A stretch of 64,000 nt of DNA from Torpedo marmorata (taxonomy: Eukaryota). A model generated the notes under the pieces. That model worked only from the letters and a program-made list of their open reading frames with translations, was not told where the DNA came from and ran no database searches. How positions within the stretch are numbered: position 1 is the first letter of the stretch; each line of letters starts with the position of its first letter. The stretch is from assembly GCA_977017645.1 (NCBI GenBank), contig OZ360243.1:4526001-4590000 (forward strand). The letters are read 5' to 3'. The position numbers were made by a program, and so were the translations under genes. Below are positions 1-12,838 of this stretch, one piece after another.

Positions 1-544
1 TCCTAGAATATGAGTCATGTCTAAAAGAATAAAAAGAATAATCTTTTTCTCTAGGATTCAATTTTCTTCAAATATCTATTAAATTTAAATTCTTTCATCA
101 AAGTAAGAATTCTTTTAGCAATTTTAGTTTTAGCAAGTGATCTTGAAGTTTTATCCATTATTGGATCTAAACAACAATTAAAATCCCCACCAATTAAAAT
201 ATTTTCATTAGCTTCTGACAAATGTAAAAAAGAATCTTGAATAAACTGTTCATCATCCACATTTGGTATATAGAAATTCATAAGTGTCCAAAATTCTGAG
301 TATATCTGGCAATGTATTAAAACATATCTACCTACCACATCTATAACTACAGATTGTATTTTAAAAGGTAACTTTTTATTAATTAATATAGCTACTCCTC
401 TTGCTTTAGAGTTAAATGAGGAAGCCACCACTTGCCCAACCCATTCTCTTTTTAGTTTCTGATGTTCCAAATCTATCAAATGTGTCTCTTGTAAAAAAGC
501 TATATCTACATTCAATTTTTTAATATACGCTAAAGTTAGAGTCA
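1..544 (-). mobile_element. L1-clade LINE ORF2 fragment (AP endonuclease domain)
   Basis: ORF 51-545 with DIAFLQETHL, GVAILI and IGGDFN endonuclease motifs; truncated. Confidence 0.88.
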
Positions 545-990
545 ATCATCTTGAACTGCTGGAAAACCATCAACTCGGTGAAAGACGCACTTTGATCTGC
601 CCGAAACCTGTTGATCTTTCAGCACATGGAAATGTCGGTGAGGGAATGCTGCCGACTGGCACATTCCAGGCTGTAGGAATACATGCTGAGGGACACACTG
701 AGGCTTGGTGCAGCCAACACGAGGGCGCTGTGGGGAAGGACCACAGTCTAGAGTCCTCCCGTAACCCGGGCACTGAGGGGCTGAGACTGAGGGGAAGCCC
801 TTCAAACATCAGAGGGGGGAGAAACGACAAGGTGCCATAGTGGTGGTAATGCTGCTAAATAGAAATGAATGTAACAATGCACAGTGATGGAAATGTATGG
901 TTACGAAACTAAGGGTGGGCAGAGACTATGAGCGGTTTTCCTTTTGTAAATAATGTATTGTGAATAAAGTCTGTTTTTGGTAAAACAATT
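545..990 (+). mobile_element. Tx1-like LINE 3' fragment
   Basis: Degenerate frame CWKTINSVKDAL*SARNLLIFQ...ALWGRTTV* resembling Tx1-type ORF2 C-termini, then a 3' UTR with AATAAA near 963. Confidence 0.65.
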
Positions 991-1078
991 ATTTTCCACT
1001 CTTACCTTTGGTTATAAATCATGTGCACTTAGTTCAGAGAGCATCCTCCAAACTGTAATCTTTCTCTTCTCCATGCAG

Positions 1079-1116
1079 AGAACTCCAAGAAAACCTTGTT
1101 CGCTCACATTCGGCTG
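1079..1116 (+). CDS. HAL: Histidine ammonia-lyase internal exon ([12 protein letters not shown])
   Basis: Acceptor ctccatgcag, donor gtatgg; translation matches the vertebrate HAL segment ending in RSHS; phase joins next exon. Confidence 0.93.
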
Positions 1117-1200
1117 GTATGGCTCATTCATCTCAGTCTTCTGCAGATTCTTTTAGCGATTCTTGGTGCTGTCGTCTACCTGTTGCTCTCTGTCTTCCAG

Positions 1201-1326
1201 GTGTGGGCAAACCCCTGACCCCAGAGAGGTGCCGGATGCTGCTCGCCCTCAGGATCAACGTTCTCGCCAAAGGTTACAGCGGAATCTCCTTGGAGACCCT
1301 CAGTCAGATGATCCAGGCCTTTAATG
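1201..1326 (+). CDS. HAL: HAL internal exon ([42 protein letters not shown])
   Basis: Acceptor tgtcttccag after an 84-nt intron, donor gtaatg; typical [14 protein letters not shown] motif. Confidence 0.97.
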
Positions 1327-2025
1327 GTAATGGACGGTTTCATTCGATCAGGCAGAAGGAATAAACTGTAATGATTGCAACTCGCTTGATGCTGTTTGAA
1401 GAAATGCTAAACGTGTTATTATTGGTGAATGAAAGATGTTGGATTACCATCTGCCAATAGTTTTGGGTTAAAGCAGGCTGTTCTTCAGTGAGCTTGAATG
1501 ATGGTCTATCTCCTACAGCATAGAAATATTGCCTTTGCCTATGACACTGACCACAGAATGCCCATTTGTATTGATCCCATTATATTCCCCCCTCAAATCC
1601 CCAGATTCTGCCACTCGCAGCGATTCACAGTCAGGATCGAGCCCGGGTGACTGGAGCTGTGAGATTGCAGGTTTACCTGCTGTACCACGTGTAGCTGGGT
1701 GACAGAGCATATTACTGGAAGTTTGAGCAGGGCTTGGAGCACCTTGGTGTTATGAGGTGGAGTGTGTTGTCCTTTGGAATGCTAACTGCGATGATTGTGC
1801 AGTGATATCTTGCTTTGTAGAACCCTAATTCCTCTGGATCAGCACTGTTTGCTGGGACATTAACTCCCATGTACTAAGGCTTCATGTTGGGGCTGAAACA
1901 TTGGTGGATATATGGTGTTGGGTGAAGGATCTGGGTTAAAGTAGGGTATTGCTGCATCGACCTTTGATGTGTAAAGGGTGTGATGGGACAGGGACTTCAC
2001 ATACAGCAAGTTAATGAGGTAATAT

Positions 2026-2715
2026 TGTTATGGACCATGGACTGACCTTTTGGACTGTGGACTGTCATTATAAAGGATGGGATTCTGCTGAGAACTCTGT
2101 GTGACTTGTGGTACAGCTGAGTGCTGACTCGCCAAGGTCGAGCTGTGCAGACAGAGAAACAATGGAACGGCAGTTGGAGCGATAGAACGGCAGTTGGAAC
2201 GACAGTTGGAGCGGAAGAGGGCAGCTGGAGAGCTGTGTGAAATGCATATGCCTCATAAGTGAGGAAGGGTTAAAAACCACACTTTGAGAACCAAGGAAAG
2301 TCATCTGAGGAAGCCTGAAAAAGGATTCGTAAGCTTACTGCAATGCAACATCAGTCATTTCTCTCTCTAACGTTCAATACGACGTCCTTTGTTATCAGTT
2401 AAAGAACTGAACTTGGACATTGAACTTTGAGATTGAATTTTGTGGACTGTGTTTTTTGGACTGACTTACTTGACTGGCTGACCTGGGGTTTTGGGGATTT
2501 TTCCTTTTTGTATATTGGGCACAGACTGTAATGGTCTGGGTTTTTCACATACACACTGTTTATAAATATATAATATCTGTATATTTTCTATAGATACTTA
2601 TAGTGGGGTTAATTGTGTTAAGACATTATATTGGTAATAGTCATTAATAAATATAGAGTTAAAATTTAACCCTTTTGAATTGCGTCTTCTGTTGTTGCTG
2701 GTTTGAGTTGTAACA
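2026..2715 (+). repeat. 5' LTR of Gmr1-like element
   Basis: TGTTA...TAACA termini; near-identical to 7597-8291; AATAAA at 2646. Confidence 0.95.
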
Positions 2716-2906
2716 AAGTGGGGGCTCGTCGTCCTGGATACAAACAAATTTGGGAGCTTACAGGTTGATTGATAAGTGATCAATCGTCTGAGTCTCTGAA
2801 TCAAGCTGGTGATTGATGGAATGCCAGTCTGGTCTAGGAAATTCCTTTGGTAAAGATAATTAAAAGCTAGTGTGTGTATGAAATAAACAGCAACAAACCA
2901 GCAGCC

Positions 2907-5900
2907 ATGGATATAGAGGGATTTTTGGCATTACCCTTTCTTGAGAATTTGAAAAAGGCCAAAAAGCACGAGTTGGTGACTAAAGTTGGCAATTGCTTCA
3001 GTGGAACCACAAATGAAGAAGGTGGAGATTGGGAGGAAAATTGCAAAATACTACGTAGAAGAAGGAAAGTTTGACAAAGTAGTGTTAGAGCAGTTTCCCA
3101 AGGGTAAAGCTTCTGAGAAAACACAGTTGGAATTAAGGAGATTAGAATTGGAGGTAGCTGAGAAACAGAAGAGATTAGAATTGGAGGCAGCCGAAAGACA
3201 AAAGAGATTGGAAATGGAACTGAGGATATTAGAGGCAGAAGAGAAAATTAGGATACATGAGCTGGAAAAGATTAGAGTGGAAAATGACAGGAGAAAAGAA
3301 GATACCCAAGATCAAATTATTTGTCATGGTGAGGGGTTTATGGCCAGTAGAGAAGTTAGGTTGGTTCCTCCATTTGAGGAAGCTGAGATAGATAAATATT
3401 TTCAGCATTTTGAAAAAGTGGCTGTGAATTTAAATTGGCCACAAAACCAATGGTCTCTTATGTAACAAAGTGTAATTAAAGGGAAAGCTCAACAAGCTTA
3501 TTCTTCCCTTACCACAGAGCAAGCTGCTGATTATGAAATTGTGAAAAAAGCTATACTCCAGGCTTATGAGTTAGTTCCAGAAGCTTACAGACAGAAGTTC
3601 AGGAATTTAAAAAAATCAACAACCCAATCTTATACAGATTTTGCTTATGAAAAGGTTGTGTGTTTTGACCGGTGGTGCACATCGAAGACTGTAAACAATT
3701 ATTATAATCGATTGAGAGAATTGATAATAATTGAGGAGATTAAAAGATGTGTTCCTGATGATATTAAAGCATACTTGGATGAGAAGGAGGTGAAAACTTG
3801 GCAGGAGTCAGCTAAGTTAGCAGAGTTATGCTTTAACACATAAGCTTAAGTGGATGTCAGGCAAATTTTTTCAAAAGTGCACTGTGGATAATCCAAGTAA
3901 GGTGGAGAGTAAATTTGGAAGTAGTATTAGGGGTAAAGATGAATGGAAGTTGGTAAAGGAAAAACCTTTAGGTCCCCTTTGCCACTACTGTAAGAAGGCT
4001 GGTCACATGATAGAAAGTTGTCATGTGCTGAAAAAGAAGAGAAAAAGAGCTATCACTGAATGCTTGTATTCAAAGTGAGAAGAGGTATAAAAACCAAGAA
4101 GGATCCAAATTTCCTGATAAAATTAGGGATGTATTCAAACCTTTTGTGACTGAGGGTTTAGTTTCAGTTAAAGAAGGGTTAAAACAAGTGCCAGTGAAAA
4201 TCTTGCAAGATACTGGGGCTGCTCAGTCACTTGTGTTGGACAATGATTTAGAATTTGGTGAAGAAATTGATACCGGTGAAATAAATTTGATTAGAGGTAT
4301 TGGAAGTGATATTGAGCCCATTCCTTTGCACAGAATAGTGTTAAAATCAGTCTTGGTTAATGGACCTATTAAAATAGGGTTAGGCCAAATTTGCCAGTGG
4401 AATGAGTCTCACTGTTGCTAGGCAATGACTTGGTGGAGGTTCCTGCAGTGCGAATGACAGCTAAGCCAGTCATTGATGAGTCTCTGATATTTACACAGCT
4501 TGTGCTATAACAAGGGCAATGTATAGAAAAAAATGTCAATAAGGCTGTGAAAAATGATTTAACGGAAAATAAAGTCTGTGATAATCAAAAACAGCATTCA
4601 GGTGGAAATTACCTTGTAAAGGTTGAGCAATCTTCTTTATTAGACCCAAACACTGATAGTAAACCTAAGGGTACAGATTTGTCGATATCCAGACAGGAGT
4701 TGATAGCAAGGCAAAATGAGGATCCTGATCTTGCTGAGGTGAGATATAAGGCTCTCTCTGACGAGGAGATTAAGAAAGTGCCAGTGGGTTATTATGCCAA
4801 AGATGGAGTATTGATGAGGAAGTGGAGACCACATGATGTTCCTGCCAGTGAAGATTGGGCAGTAGTGCAGCAGGTTGTGATCCCTAAAGCCAAAAGGGAT
4901 GAAATTATAACTTTGGCTCATAGCACACCCTTCGGTGGTCACCTTGCGGTGAAGAAAACTATGGATAAGACAATGAAACAATTTTATTGGCCTAGTTTAA
5001 GAAAGGATGTTGTAAGCTTTTGCCGGGCCTGTCACACTTGTCAGATGGTGGGTAAACCTAATCAGGGTCCCCCGGTGGCACCCTTACAACCTATCCCTGC
5101 TTTCGGTGAGCCTTTCTCGAAAGTGATTGTGGACTGTGTTCGCCCATTGCCCAAAACCAAAGCTGGGAATCAGTATTTGTTGACAATTATGTGTGCAGCC
5201 ACAAGGTTTCCGGAGGCCATTCCTCTGAGAAACATTAAAGCAAAGGCAATTGTGAAGGCTGTGGTAAAGCTTTTCACCTTGGCTGGCCTGCATAGAGAAA
5301 TTCAGTCAGATCAAGGGAGTAATTTTATGTCAGGCTTATTCCAACAAGTGGTTTATGAATTGAGAATTAAACAGATCATACCATCCAGAGAGTCAAGGGT
5401 CCTTGGAGAGGTTCCATTCGACCCTGAAGAACATGATGAGAACTTATTGTTTAGAGAATGAAAAGGATTGGGATGAAGGGGTTCATTTGCTTTTATTTGC
5501 AGTGAGGGAGTCTGTCCAGGAATCATTTGGTTTCAGTCCATTCGAGTTGGCTTTTGGACATGAGGTGAGAGGTCCTTTAATGTTATCAAAGGAACAATGG
5601 GTTAATAATGATGTGCATTTAAATTTGTTGGATTATGTCTTTAAATTTAAGGATCGGTTGCATAAAGCTTGTGAAATGGCAAAGGAGAATTTAAAGGCCA
5701 CTCAACAGAAGATGAAGGTTTGGTATGATCGCAAGGCAAAGATGAGAAATTTTAAACCTGGTGACAGAGTATTGGTTCTGTTTCCTACACATTCAAATCC
5801 TCTTAGGACTAGGTTTTCAGGACCATATGAAGTTAAGTCTAAAATTAATGAGGTCACTTATGTTATTGAAACGTCTAATCGCAGATGAGATACTCAGGTC

Positions 5901-7466
5901 TATCATGTAAATATGATTAAGCCATATTTTGAGCAGGTGCCTCACAGTGAGACTAAACATTCGCCAGAGGTGATGGTTATCGACCAGGATAATGAGGAGA
6001 CAAATAAAACAAGTTTCAGAGAAGGTCATAGGACACAAAAATTGTTAAGCCCGAGGTTGGAAAATTCCATGGTTTTGCAGGACCTGGAAACAAAGTTGGC
6101 TCATCTCCAAAGTTCAGAAAGGAAAAAAATGAGACAGTTACTTTTAAAATTTGAGAATTTATTTCCAGATGTACCTCAGAGAATTTCCATAGCTTATCAT
6201 GATGTTGTGTAGGTGATGCTAGACCTATTAAACAGCATCCCTATCGGATGAATATGGAAAAGTACAGACTAGTAGATCAAGAAATTGACTACATGTTGAA
6301 GAATGGTATCATTAGAAAGTCGACTTCAAATTGGAGTTCACCTTGTGTTTTAGTGCCTAAGCCAGATGGAACTGTTAGGTTTTGCACTGACTATAGGAAG
6401 GTAAGTGCTCTGACAAAGACAGATGCTTATCCTATTCCTAGAGTGGATGATTGTATAGACAAGGTGGGGAAGACAAAATTTTGTACTAAAATTGACTTGT
6501 TGAAAGGTTACTGGTGTGTTCCTTTAACAGATAGGGGTAAAGAGATTTCTGCATTTGTAACACCTACTGGGCTGTATGAGTACAATGTCATGCCCTTTGG
6601 AATGAAGAATGCTCCGGGGACATTTCAAAGAATGATTAATTCTGTAATTCAGGGGTTGAAGCACACAGGTGCTTACATTGATGATTTAGTTATAAGTAGT
6701 GACACGTGGGAAGAGCATGGCCTTGAGTTAGAAGAATTATTTAATCGACTTTCAAAAGCAAATCTCACAGTTAATTTAAGTAAAAGTGAGTTTGGTCATG
6801 CGACTGTTACTTATCTGGGTTATGTCGTAGGACAGGGGCAGTTGGCGCCAGTTGAGGCAAAGGTTTTGACTCTGAGTTCCCTGTTCCAATTAGTAAGAAA
6901 ACTCTTTGAAGGTTCCTGGGAATGATTGGCTACTATCGCAAGTTTTGTAAAAACTTTACAGATATTACACTCCCTCTAACAAAACTGCTTAAGAAGGGAG
7001 AAAAATTTGTCTGGTCAAAATGTTGCCAAGAAGCATTTGTAAAATTGAAGGCCATTTTATGCCACCAACCTGTGCTTAAGTCTCCTGACTTAGAGAAACT
7101 ATTTTCTTTAGCTGTGGATGCCAGTGATGAAGCTGTGGGTGCGGTGCTATTACAGAAGAAGAATGATGATGATATTGACCATCCTGTATCCTACTTCTCG
7201 AAGAAGTTTAATGATCATCAGAAGAATTATTCCACCATAGAGAAAGAGTTGTTAGCTCTTGTGTTGGCTCTACAACATTTTGATGTTTACATTTGTACAG
7301 CTCAAAAACAGCTTATGATCATAATCCATTGCTTTTTATGTGTAAAATGAAGAATAAGAATAGACACTTGTTAAATTGGAGTTTGATTTTACAAGAGTAT
7401 GATTTGATGATAACGCACATTAAGGGAAAGGATAATGTGATTGCTGATTGTCTTTCTAGATGCTAA
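2907..7466 (+). pseudogene. Disrupted gag-PR-IN-RT-RH polyprotein of Gmr1-like element
   Basis: Kozak-context ATG at 2907; ORF pieces 2986-7350 separated by stops and frameshifts; ends ADCLSRC*. Confidence 0.9.
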
Positions 7467-7596
7467 ACTTTGTAAATGAAATTAGTTACTGTGTGTGCGT
7501 GTAGGTGAACATAGTGTTTTGCTTTATATTGTGACACCTTAATTAATTACTAAAATTTTGTTCTTACAGATCAAAATTTTCTTTGTGGGTGGGAGG

Positions 7597-8291
7597 CGTT
7601 ATGGACCATGGACCGACCTTTTGGACTGTGGACTGTCATTATAAAGGATGGAATTCTGCTGAGAACTCTGTGTGACTTGTGGTACAGCTGAGTGCTGACT
7701 CGCCAAGTTCGAGCTGTGCAGGCAGAGAGACGTTGGAAAGGCAGTTGGAGCGGTAGTTGGAGCAACAGAACGGCAGTTGGAGCGGTCGAGGGCAGCTGGA
7801 GAGCTGTGTGAAATGCATATGCCTCATAAGTGAGGAAGGGTTAAAAACCACACTTTGAGAACTAAGGGAAGTCACCTGAGGAAGCCTGAAAAAGGATTTG
7901 TAAGCTTACTGCAAAGCAACATCAGTCATTTCTCTCTCCAACGTTCAATACGACGTCCTTTGTTATCAGTTAAAGAACTGAACTTGGACATTGAACTTTG
8001 AGATTGAATTTTGTGGACTGTGTTTTTTGGACTGACTTACTTGACTGACTGACCTGGGGTTTTGGGGATTTTTCATTTTTGAATATTGGGCACAGACTGT
8101 AATGGTCTGGGTTTTTCACATACACACTGTTTATAAATATATGATATTCGTATATTTTCTATAGATACTTATAGTGGGGTTAATTGTGTTAAGACAATTG
8201 GTTATATTGGTAATAGTCATTAATAAATATAGAGTTAAAATTTAACCCTTTTGAATTGCGTCTTCTGTTGTTGCTGGTTTGAGTTGTAACA
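7597..8291 (+). repeat. 3' LTR of Gmr1-like element
   Basis: Copy of 2026-2715 with first base T>C; ends TAACA. Confidence 0.95.
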
Positions 8292-8819
8292 ATATTATTA
8301 CGCCATCTGCCAGGAACAGGAAGGGGCAATAACCCTAATGGGTGTATATTATAGACCCTCCCAATTGTAACAGAGACATAGAGGAGCAGATAGGGAGCTA
8401 GATTCTAGAAAGGTGCAAAAATAATAAGCTTTAACACGTAGGAACAGGACTGGCGGCTCTGTCGCCCTCAGTGCACGGGCTGGGTGGAGCAGTCTCCGTC
8501 AACTGGCAGTGGAAGGGTTTTGTGAGCAGGTCCAAGCACACAGTATAGTGGTGCCTGTCCCTCCTGTAACCCTGGGAGGGGTTAATGCTCCAACACTTGT
8601 AATAACCCAGAGACTGAAGCGGCAGCATTAACCCACAGGGGTTTATCCACTGTCCTAAGACTTGCTCTCCGCACACAGCAGTGGGGACTGGTCTCCCAGG
8701 AAATGGGAGGCCTTTCTTCAACAGGGGCATTAACATCTGTTGGCCATTACTGCTCATATAACTGGGGCGTGCTCCAGCAGTACCACAGGTGTGGTGCTGG
8801 AAGACCGGAGAGGGGGGTG

Positions 8820-10150
8820 ATGTGTTGTTAATTAAGGAGGACAGCCAGGAAAAACCAGGGGACCACAAGCTGTCTTCAGTGGTGGCAAAGTGGCTGGAGG
8901 GGATTCTGAGAGATAGGATCCACCCCCACTTGGATCAGCAGGGACTGATTAGTGATGGTCAGCATTGCTCTTGATCGGTTTTTGAAGAGGTGATGAAGAG
9001 GGTTGATGAGGGCAGGACAGTGGACTTCAGCAAGGCTTTTTACAAGGTCCCACTGGGCAGGCGAGTCAGATCATTGGGGATCCAAGGTGAGCTGGCCCAT
9101 TGAATTCAAAATTGGCATCGTGGAAGGAGGCAGAGGGTAGTCGTGGAGGGGTGATATTCAGATAGGAGACCTGTGACCAGTGGTGTGCCACAGGGGTCAT
9201 AGAGAGAAGCGGCATAGAACAGGCCCTTCGGCCTAGCTAGTCTATGCTGGCATTCTGGGTTAATCCCATTTGACTGCACTTGGTCCGTATCCCTCCGAGC
9301 CCCTCCTATCCATCAGTCTGCCTTTTGAATGCTTTTATGTTCACTCATACAGCTTCCCTGGCACCCTTAACTATATTAATGATTTGGATGACAATGTAGT
9401 GAACATGATTAGAAAATTTGCAGGTGACACCAAAATTAGTGGTGCAGTGGACAGTGAGGAAGGATATCTAAGTTTACAACAGGATCTGGATCAGTTGCAA
9501 AGGTGGGCCAAGGAGTGGCAAATGGAATTTAACTCTGACAGGTGTGAGGGGTGGCACATTGATAAGTCAAACCAGTGAAAGGTAGGGCCCTGGAGAGTGT
9601 TGTAGAACAGAGAGACCTTGGGGTGCAGGTGCAGATTTCCCTGAGAACGGTGACTCGGTTGGACAGGGTGGTGAAGAAGGCGTTTGGCACACTTGCCTTC
9701 ATTGGACTGGGTAATGAGTACAAAAGGTGGAACCTCATAATACAAGGGGTTGGTGAGACTGCACCCAGAGCACTATAGGAAAGATGTCATTAAGATGTAA
9801 AGGGTGCAGAAGAGATTTAGCAGAATGTTATCTGAGGGCTTGAGATAGGGAAAGACTTAGTAGGTGGGTTTTTATTCACTGGAGCATTGGAGGCTGAGGG
9901 GTTACCTTGGCGAGGTCTACGAAATCATGATAAAGTGAATGCTCACTGTCTTTACCCCAGGGTGAGTGATTCTAGAACTGGAGGGCATAGGTTTAAGGTG
10001 AGAGGGACCTGAGGGGCACCCTTTTCACTCAGGGTAGTCTATATTTGGACTGATAAATGGACAAGAAGGGCTTAGAGGGATATGGATCAAATGCAGGCAG
10101 ATGGAACTATCCCAGAATGCAATTCAGTTGGCATGGATGAGTTTGTATGA
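8820..10150 (+). mobile_element. Degenerate CR1 LINE RT / 3' fragment
   Basis: DFSKAF-like, YINDLD, KFAGDTK and WQMEFN remnants; boundaries approximate. Confidence 0.85.
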
Positions 10151-10569
10151 TTCTCTGACCAGTGTAAAAGGGAGTTACGACTACACAAACTATCATTAAG
10201 GGCAAAACTAAAGTATGGTGCAGTAATGGGAGTTAGCGTTCCACTCTCAGAATTAGTTCTCAGTGACAGGATCACACTGGGGCTCTCCCTGGTTGTATCT
10301 CCAAGCCCCACTAGCCGGAGGTTTGCTAACGTCGTTCCCTGCTCAAAAGGAGCAGTGGGATTAATCTGGGTAACCAGAGGATGGTGAGCCTTGCATCTGG
10401 ACTGGGGACGTTGTTGGCAAAGATTCTGAGGAGTGGGAATTTTGTTGATTCAGACAGGTAGGGACTAGTGAGGAATCACCATGGTTTTATGCAGGCAGAT
10501 CATGCCTCACAAATCTGTAAGTAGTGGTGTACTGCAGGGGCAGTGCTGGGACCTTGGCTCTTTGTAATA

Positions 10570-11165
10570 AGACCATAAGTAATAGGAGCTGAATGGGGCC
10601 GTTCAACCCACCACGTCTGCTCCACCATTCAAATGTATTTTTCCTCTCAACCCCATAACCTTTGACACCCTTGATTAGTAAGGAAGAGCCTGTCAACCTT
10701 TGCTTTAAATCTACCCAATGACTTGAAATTCACCACCCTCTGGCTGAAGAAATTCCTCCTCATCTCTGTTAAAAAGGGATGTCCTTTTATTCTCTGGCTG
10801 TGCCCTCTGGTCCTAGACTCTCCCACTACCGGAAACATCTTCTCCATGTGTGCTCTATCCAGCCCTTTAAATATTCTGAAGATTTCAATGAGATTCTCCC
10901 CTCATCCTTCTGAACTCCAGTGAGTCCAGGCCCAGAGACATCAAACGCTCCTCATATGTTAACCCTCTCATCTCCGGGATCATTCCTGTAAATTTCCTCT
11001 GGACCCTCTCCAACACCAGCTCGTCCTTCCTTAGAAATGGGTCCCAAAACTGCTCACAATACTCCAAATGTAGTCTGACCTACGACGTGTAAAGCCTCAG
11101 CAATACATCTTTGCCTTTATATTCTAGTCCTCTCGAATTGAATGCTAACATTGTGTTTGCCTTCC
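10570..11165 (-). mobile_element. CR1 LINE 3' fragment
   Basis: LERVQRKFT, LEFRRMRG and NFFSQRVV remnants on the minus strand. Confidence 0.85.
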
Positions 11166-11189
11166 TGAATGTACCTACTGTATAAATGT

Positions 11190-11382
11190 TAAATTTAGAC
11201 ATACAGCACAGTAACAGGCCCGTGCTGCCCAATTACACCCAATTAACCTACAACCCCGGTACGTTTTTGAAGGGTGGGAGGAAACCGTAGCACCCAGAGG
11301 AAACCCACGCAGACACGGGGAGAACGTACAAACTCCTTTCAGACAGCGCGGGATTCGAACCCCAGTCCCTGGCGCTGTAACA
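11190..11382 (-). mobile_element. tRNA-derived V-SINE (HE1-like), 5'-truncated
   Basis: Reverse-complement B-box (GGTTCGAATCC) and V-domain core TCTCCCCGTGTCTGCGTGGGTTTCC; homologous to 29439-29688. Confidence 0.85.
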
Positions 11383-12139
11383 GGATGAGAATGTAGGAGG
11401 TACGATTAGGAAGCTGTCAGGTGCCGTGCAGCTCATTGGGGTTGCAGGCAGAGGGGAAGGTTGTCAGCCGATGCAACGGGGCACCGGTCAGCTGGAAAGG
11501 TAGGTGGGATGGTGGCAGATGGAGCTGAATCCAGAAATGTGCGAGGTAACGCACTGGGAAGTCTGATTCTGTTAGGACGGACGTGTGGAGTAAATGGCCT
11601 CAGAAGTATTGATGGAGAGAGACCTTGGCGTGCAAAGCCATAACTCCCAGTCGTACCCCTGCTCACAGCTGGAATGCTAATCCCCATCACCTGGGCTAAG
11701 GTGGAGGGCGAGGGCACTAACTCCTTTTTATATTGGGCTGTAGCGGTACTCGCTCTGGGCAAGCGAACCGGTGCCCGCAATGGCAGCCACGCGAGTACAC
11801 GAGGCAACAGCAGGGGCCGGCGCAAAAATGGCACCGACCCCCCTCCTTCTTCAACCAGGAGAAGAAGGACCAGGAAAGTTCCCATTGTAAAGAAGAGGGA
11901 GACCGGGAAAGTTCCCATTGTAATGTACAGCTCCCATTGTCATGTAGACGACAGCGATTAAGCAGCAATGGTCATGTAAACGACAGCAATTAAGCTCGCA
12001 GCCCTGCTTAAAAGCCAGGGCTGTGAGACCCGATTAAACAGTCTTGCTTGCAACCCACCGACTGGGTTGTTCTTCAGAATTCTGTGTAGCTCACGCTACA
12101 TTGGTGACCCCGACAAGTCCAAACGAATTTGGACCTACA

Positions 12140-12838
12140 ATGACCGACTCCACGGCCATCAGCGCAGTCGCTGTCAAGCTGCCGACCTTCTGGACCCACC
12201 GACCCCATGTGTGGTTCGATCAGGCAGAAGCACAGTTTGCACTCCGCAGCATCACCGGAGATGCCACCAAGTACTACCATGTGGTCAGCTCACTCGGAGA
12301 GGACGCAGCCGCATGGGTGGAAGATTTCCTGCACCAACCACCGGAGGAGGGTAAATACCCCGCTTTCAAAGCCCTGTTGATGAACACTTTCGGGCTTTCG
12401 CGACGGGAGAGGGGTGCCCGCTTGTTGAGGCTGGACGGGCTGGGAGACAGATCACGCTCACAGCTCATGGACGAGATGCTGGCCCTCACAGGAGGCCACA
12501 TGTGCCTTTTCTTCAAGCAGGTTTTCTTAGAGATGATGCCACTCAACGTGCACCTGGCACTCGCAGAGGCGGATTTCTCCACGCCCAGGACAGTGGCAAC
12601 TCGAGCGGACACTCTCTGGGAAGAAGGAAGGGTGAGTCAGACAATGGTCGACCAAGTGGTCAAACCAAAAACCCAACACCACAACCCTGCTCGTCCCACC
12701 GAACGCACAGCCCACGGTAGCAGCAGCGACGACGCCAAACTCGATTGGTGTTTCTACCACCGTCCTTGGGGCCCGAAGGCCTGCCGGTGCAGGTCCCCCT
12801 GCAAGTTTCCGGGAAACGACAAGGCCAGCCGTCGCTAG
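12140..12838 (+). CDS. Retrotransposon gag ORF (open) with CHCC zinc motif
   Basis: MTDSTAISAVAVKLPTFW...WCFYHRPWGPKACRCRSPC...; uninterrupted frame. Confidence 0.85.
   Translation: MTDSTAISAVAVKLPTFWTHRPHVWFDQAEAQFALRSITGDATKYYHVVSSLGEDAAAWVEDFLHQPPEEGKYPAFKALLMNTFGLSRRERGARLLRLDGLGDRSRSQLMDEMLALTGGHMCLFFKQVFLEMMPLNVHLALAEADFSTPRTVATRADTLWEEGRVSQTMVDQVVKPKTQHHNPARPTERTAHGSSSDDAKLDWCFYHRPWGPKACRCRSPCKFPGNDKASRR

Larger units (their letters stand above)
2026..8291 (+). mobile_element. Gmr1-like Ty3/Gypsy LTR retrotransposon, full length, frameshifted and inactive
   Basis: Paired LTRs, ATAT TSD (2022-2025, 8292-8295), tRNA-Pro-type PBS TGGGGGCTCGTC (2719-2730), G-rich PPT before 7597; gag with CCHC, protease DTG, integrase HHCC/DDE, RT YIDD, RNase H, in that order. 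Confidence 0.95.

Noticed and set aside
2068-7875. Duplicated 78-aa minus-strand ORFs at 2068-2304 and 7639-7875
   Set aside because: Incidental frames within the two LTR copies.
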